64,000 nt of DNA. Source: Ruditapes philippinarum (taxonomy: Eukaryota). Numbering within the stretch: position 1 is the first letter of the stretch; each line of letters opens with the position of its first letter. The translations under genes and the position numbers were made by a program. Positions 63,334 through 64,000 of the stretch are shown in pieces. A model generated the notes under the pieces. The model ran no database searches and was not told the DNA's origin. It saw nothing but the letters and a program-made list of their open reading frames with translations. The stretch is from contig NW_026855612.1 of assembly GCF_026571515.1 (NCBI RefSeq), positions 310,001-374,000 of the forward strand, written 5' to 3'.

Positions 63334-63681
63334 TTAGGGAGAAACGAATGCAATATGGTGACGAATAAGGGTCATAATCCCTTCTTAAACCCACTGACAT
63401 ATTAGTGTAGGTGTGGCTTGCTACATCAAACTGGTACGAGTAACAAGGCGTTGATAATACCGTGTGATGCCCCAGGGCACCGCCTGTGAAGTCTACAGAT
63501 GTACCGCAGTTACTACGCTGAGGTCCAGCGAAATGTGAGCTTACTTTGACTTGTTTACCACGTTGGGTTTGTAAATTACATCTACATGCTGTACCGGAAT
63601 TCAGCGTTAATGTTTGTCCTAAATCTGTGTCAATGAAAACATCGACGCCTTGTACCACACCACTTTTACACATAGTAGCAA
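63334..63681 (-). CDS. Exon for a ~115-aa six-Cys beta-rich extracellular domain (divergent CUB-like); gene continues beyond the window
   Basis: gtttcAG|TT GCT ACT ATG ... CTA A|GTAAGT, 348 nt, phase 1/1, in frame with LDLa 1. No signal peptide here. Confidence 0.8.
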
Positions 63682-64000
63682 CTGAAACAGATAAAAATGT
63701 ATAAACAGATATTAAAATGATTTACTATGTCTCACGTAAACTTTTTAATATATAGCCTAATGTAACGTCACATGTTGTTATTTAGATCTATCATCCTGGA
63801 AATGAATAGCACCCGGTCAATACTGTTTTGCAATATTCCCCAGAAGCGAGTATTCTATATAGACTACAGAAAACATAACGTTCTAGTTATTCTAGTTATC
63901 TCCCCTCATAGAAAAAGATAATCGATCGAAGTAATAATACATAGAAGTGAAAAATTACATTAAAATGTTGGTTCAGCAACACATGTCTGTTAGGGCAATA

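Overview
AT-rich, intron- and repeat-rich animal DNA. The repeat families suggest a mollusc, probably a bivalve (inference). Three spliced protein-coding genes can be built from GT-AG boundaries with consistent phases. (1) On +, a BCL2L13/Bcl-rambo-like protein (BH3-BH1-BH2, long acidic insert, C-terminal TM) with exons at 1603-6231; its 5' end is probably outside the window. (2) On -, a complete 4-exon rhodopsin-class peptide GPCR resembling ecdysis-triggering hormone receptors (37665-25001, about 388 aa). (3) On -, a 5'-incomplete type I membrane protein of at least 700 aa: Cys-rich CUB-like domain, 3 LDLa, Thr-rich mucin, 2 LDLa, TM, cytoplasmic tail (63681-45495), with a candidate 9-nt microexon. 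The rest is mobile DNA: a 5'-truncated LINE and a related fragment, several tRNA-derived SINE families, helentron-type (HINE) elements with internal satellites, four copies of a 237-bp MITE, a self-nested IS3EU-like element, a 2.3-kb foldback element with CAC..GTG ends and a 5-bp TSD, and minisatellites. There is also an N gap and an error-rich stretch. The most unusual unexplained signal is a cluster of five co-varying bulged hairpins at 23429-23840. No RNA gene or CRISPR array is supported. Family assignments come from motif recognition, not database searches.
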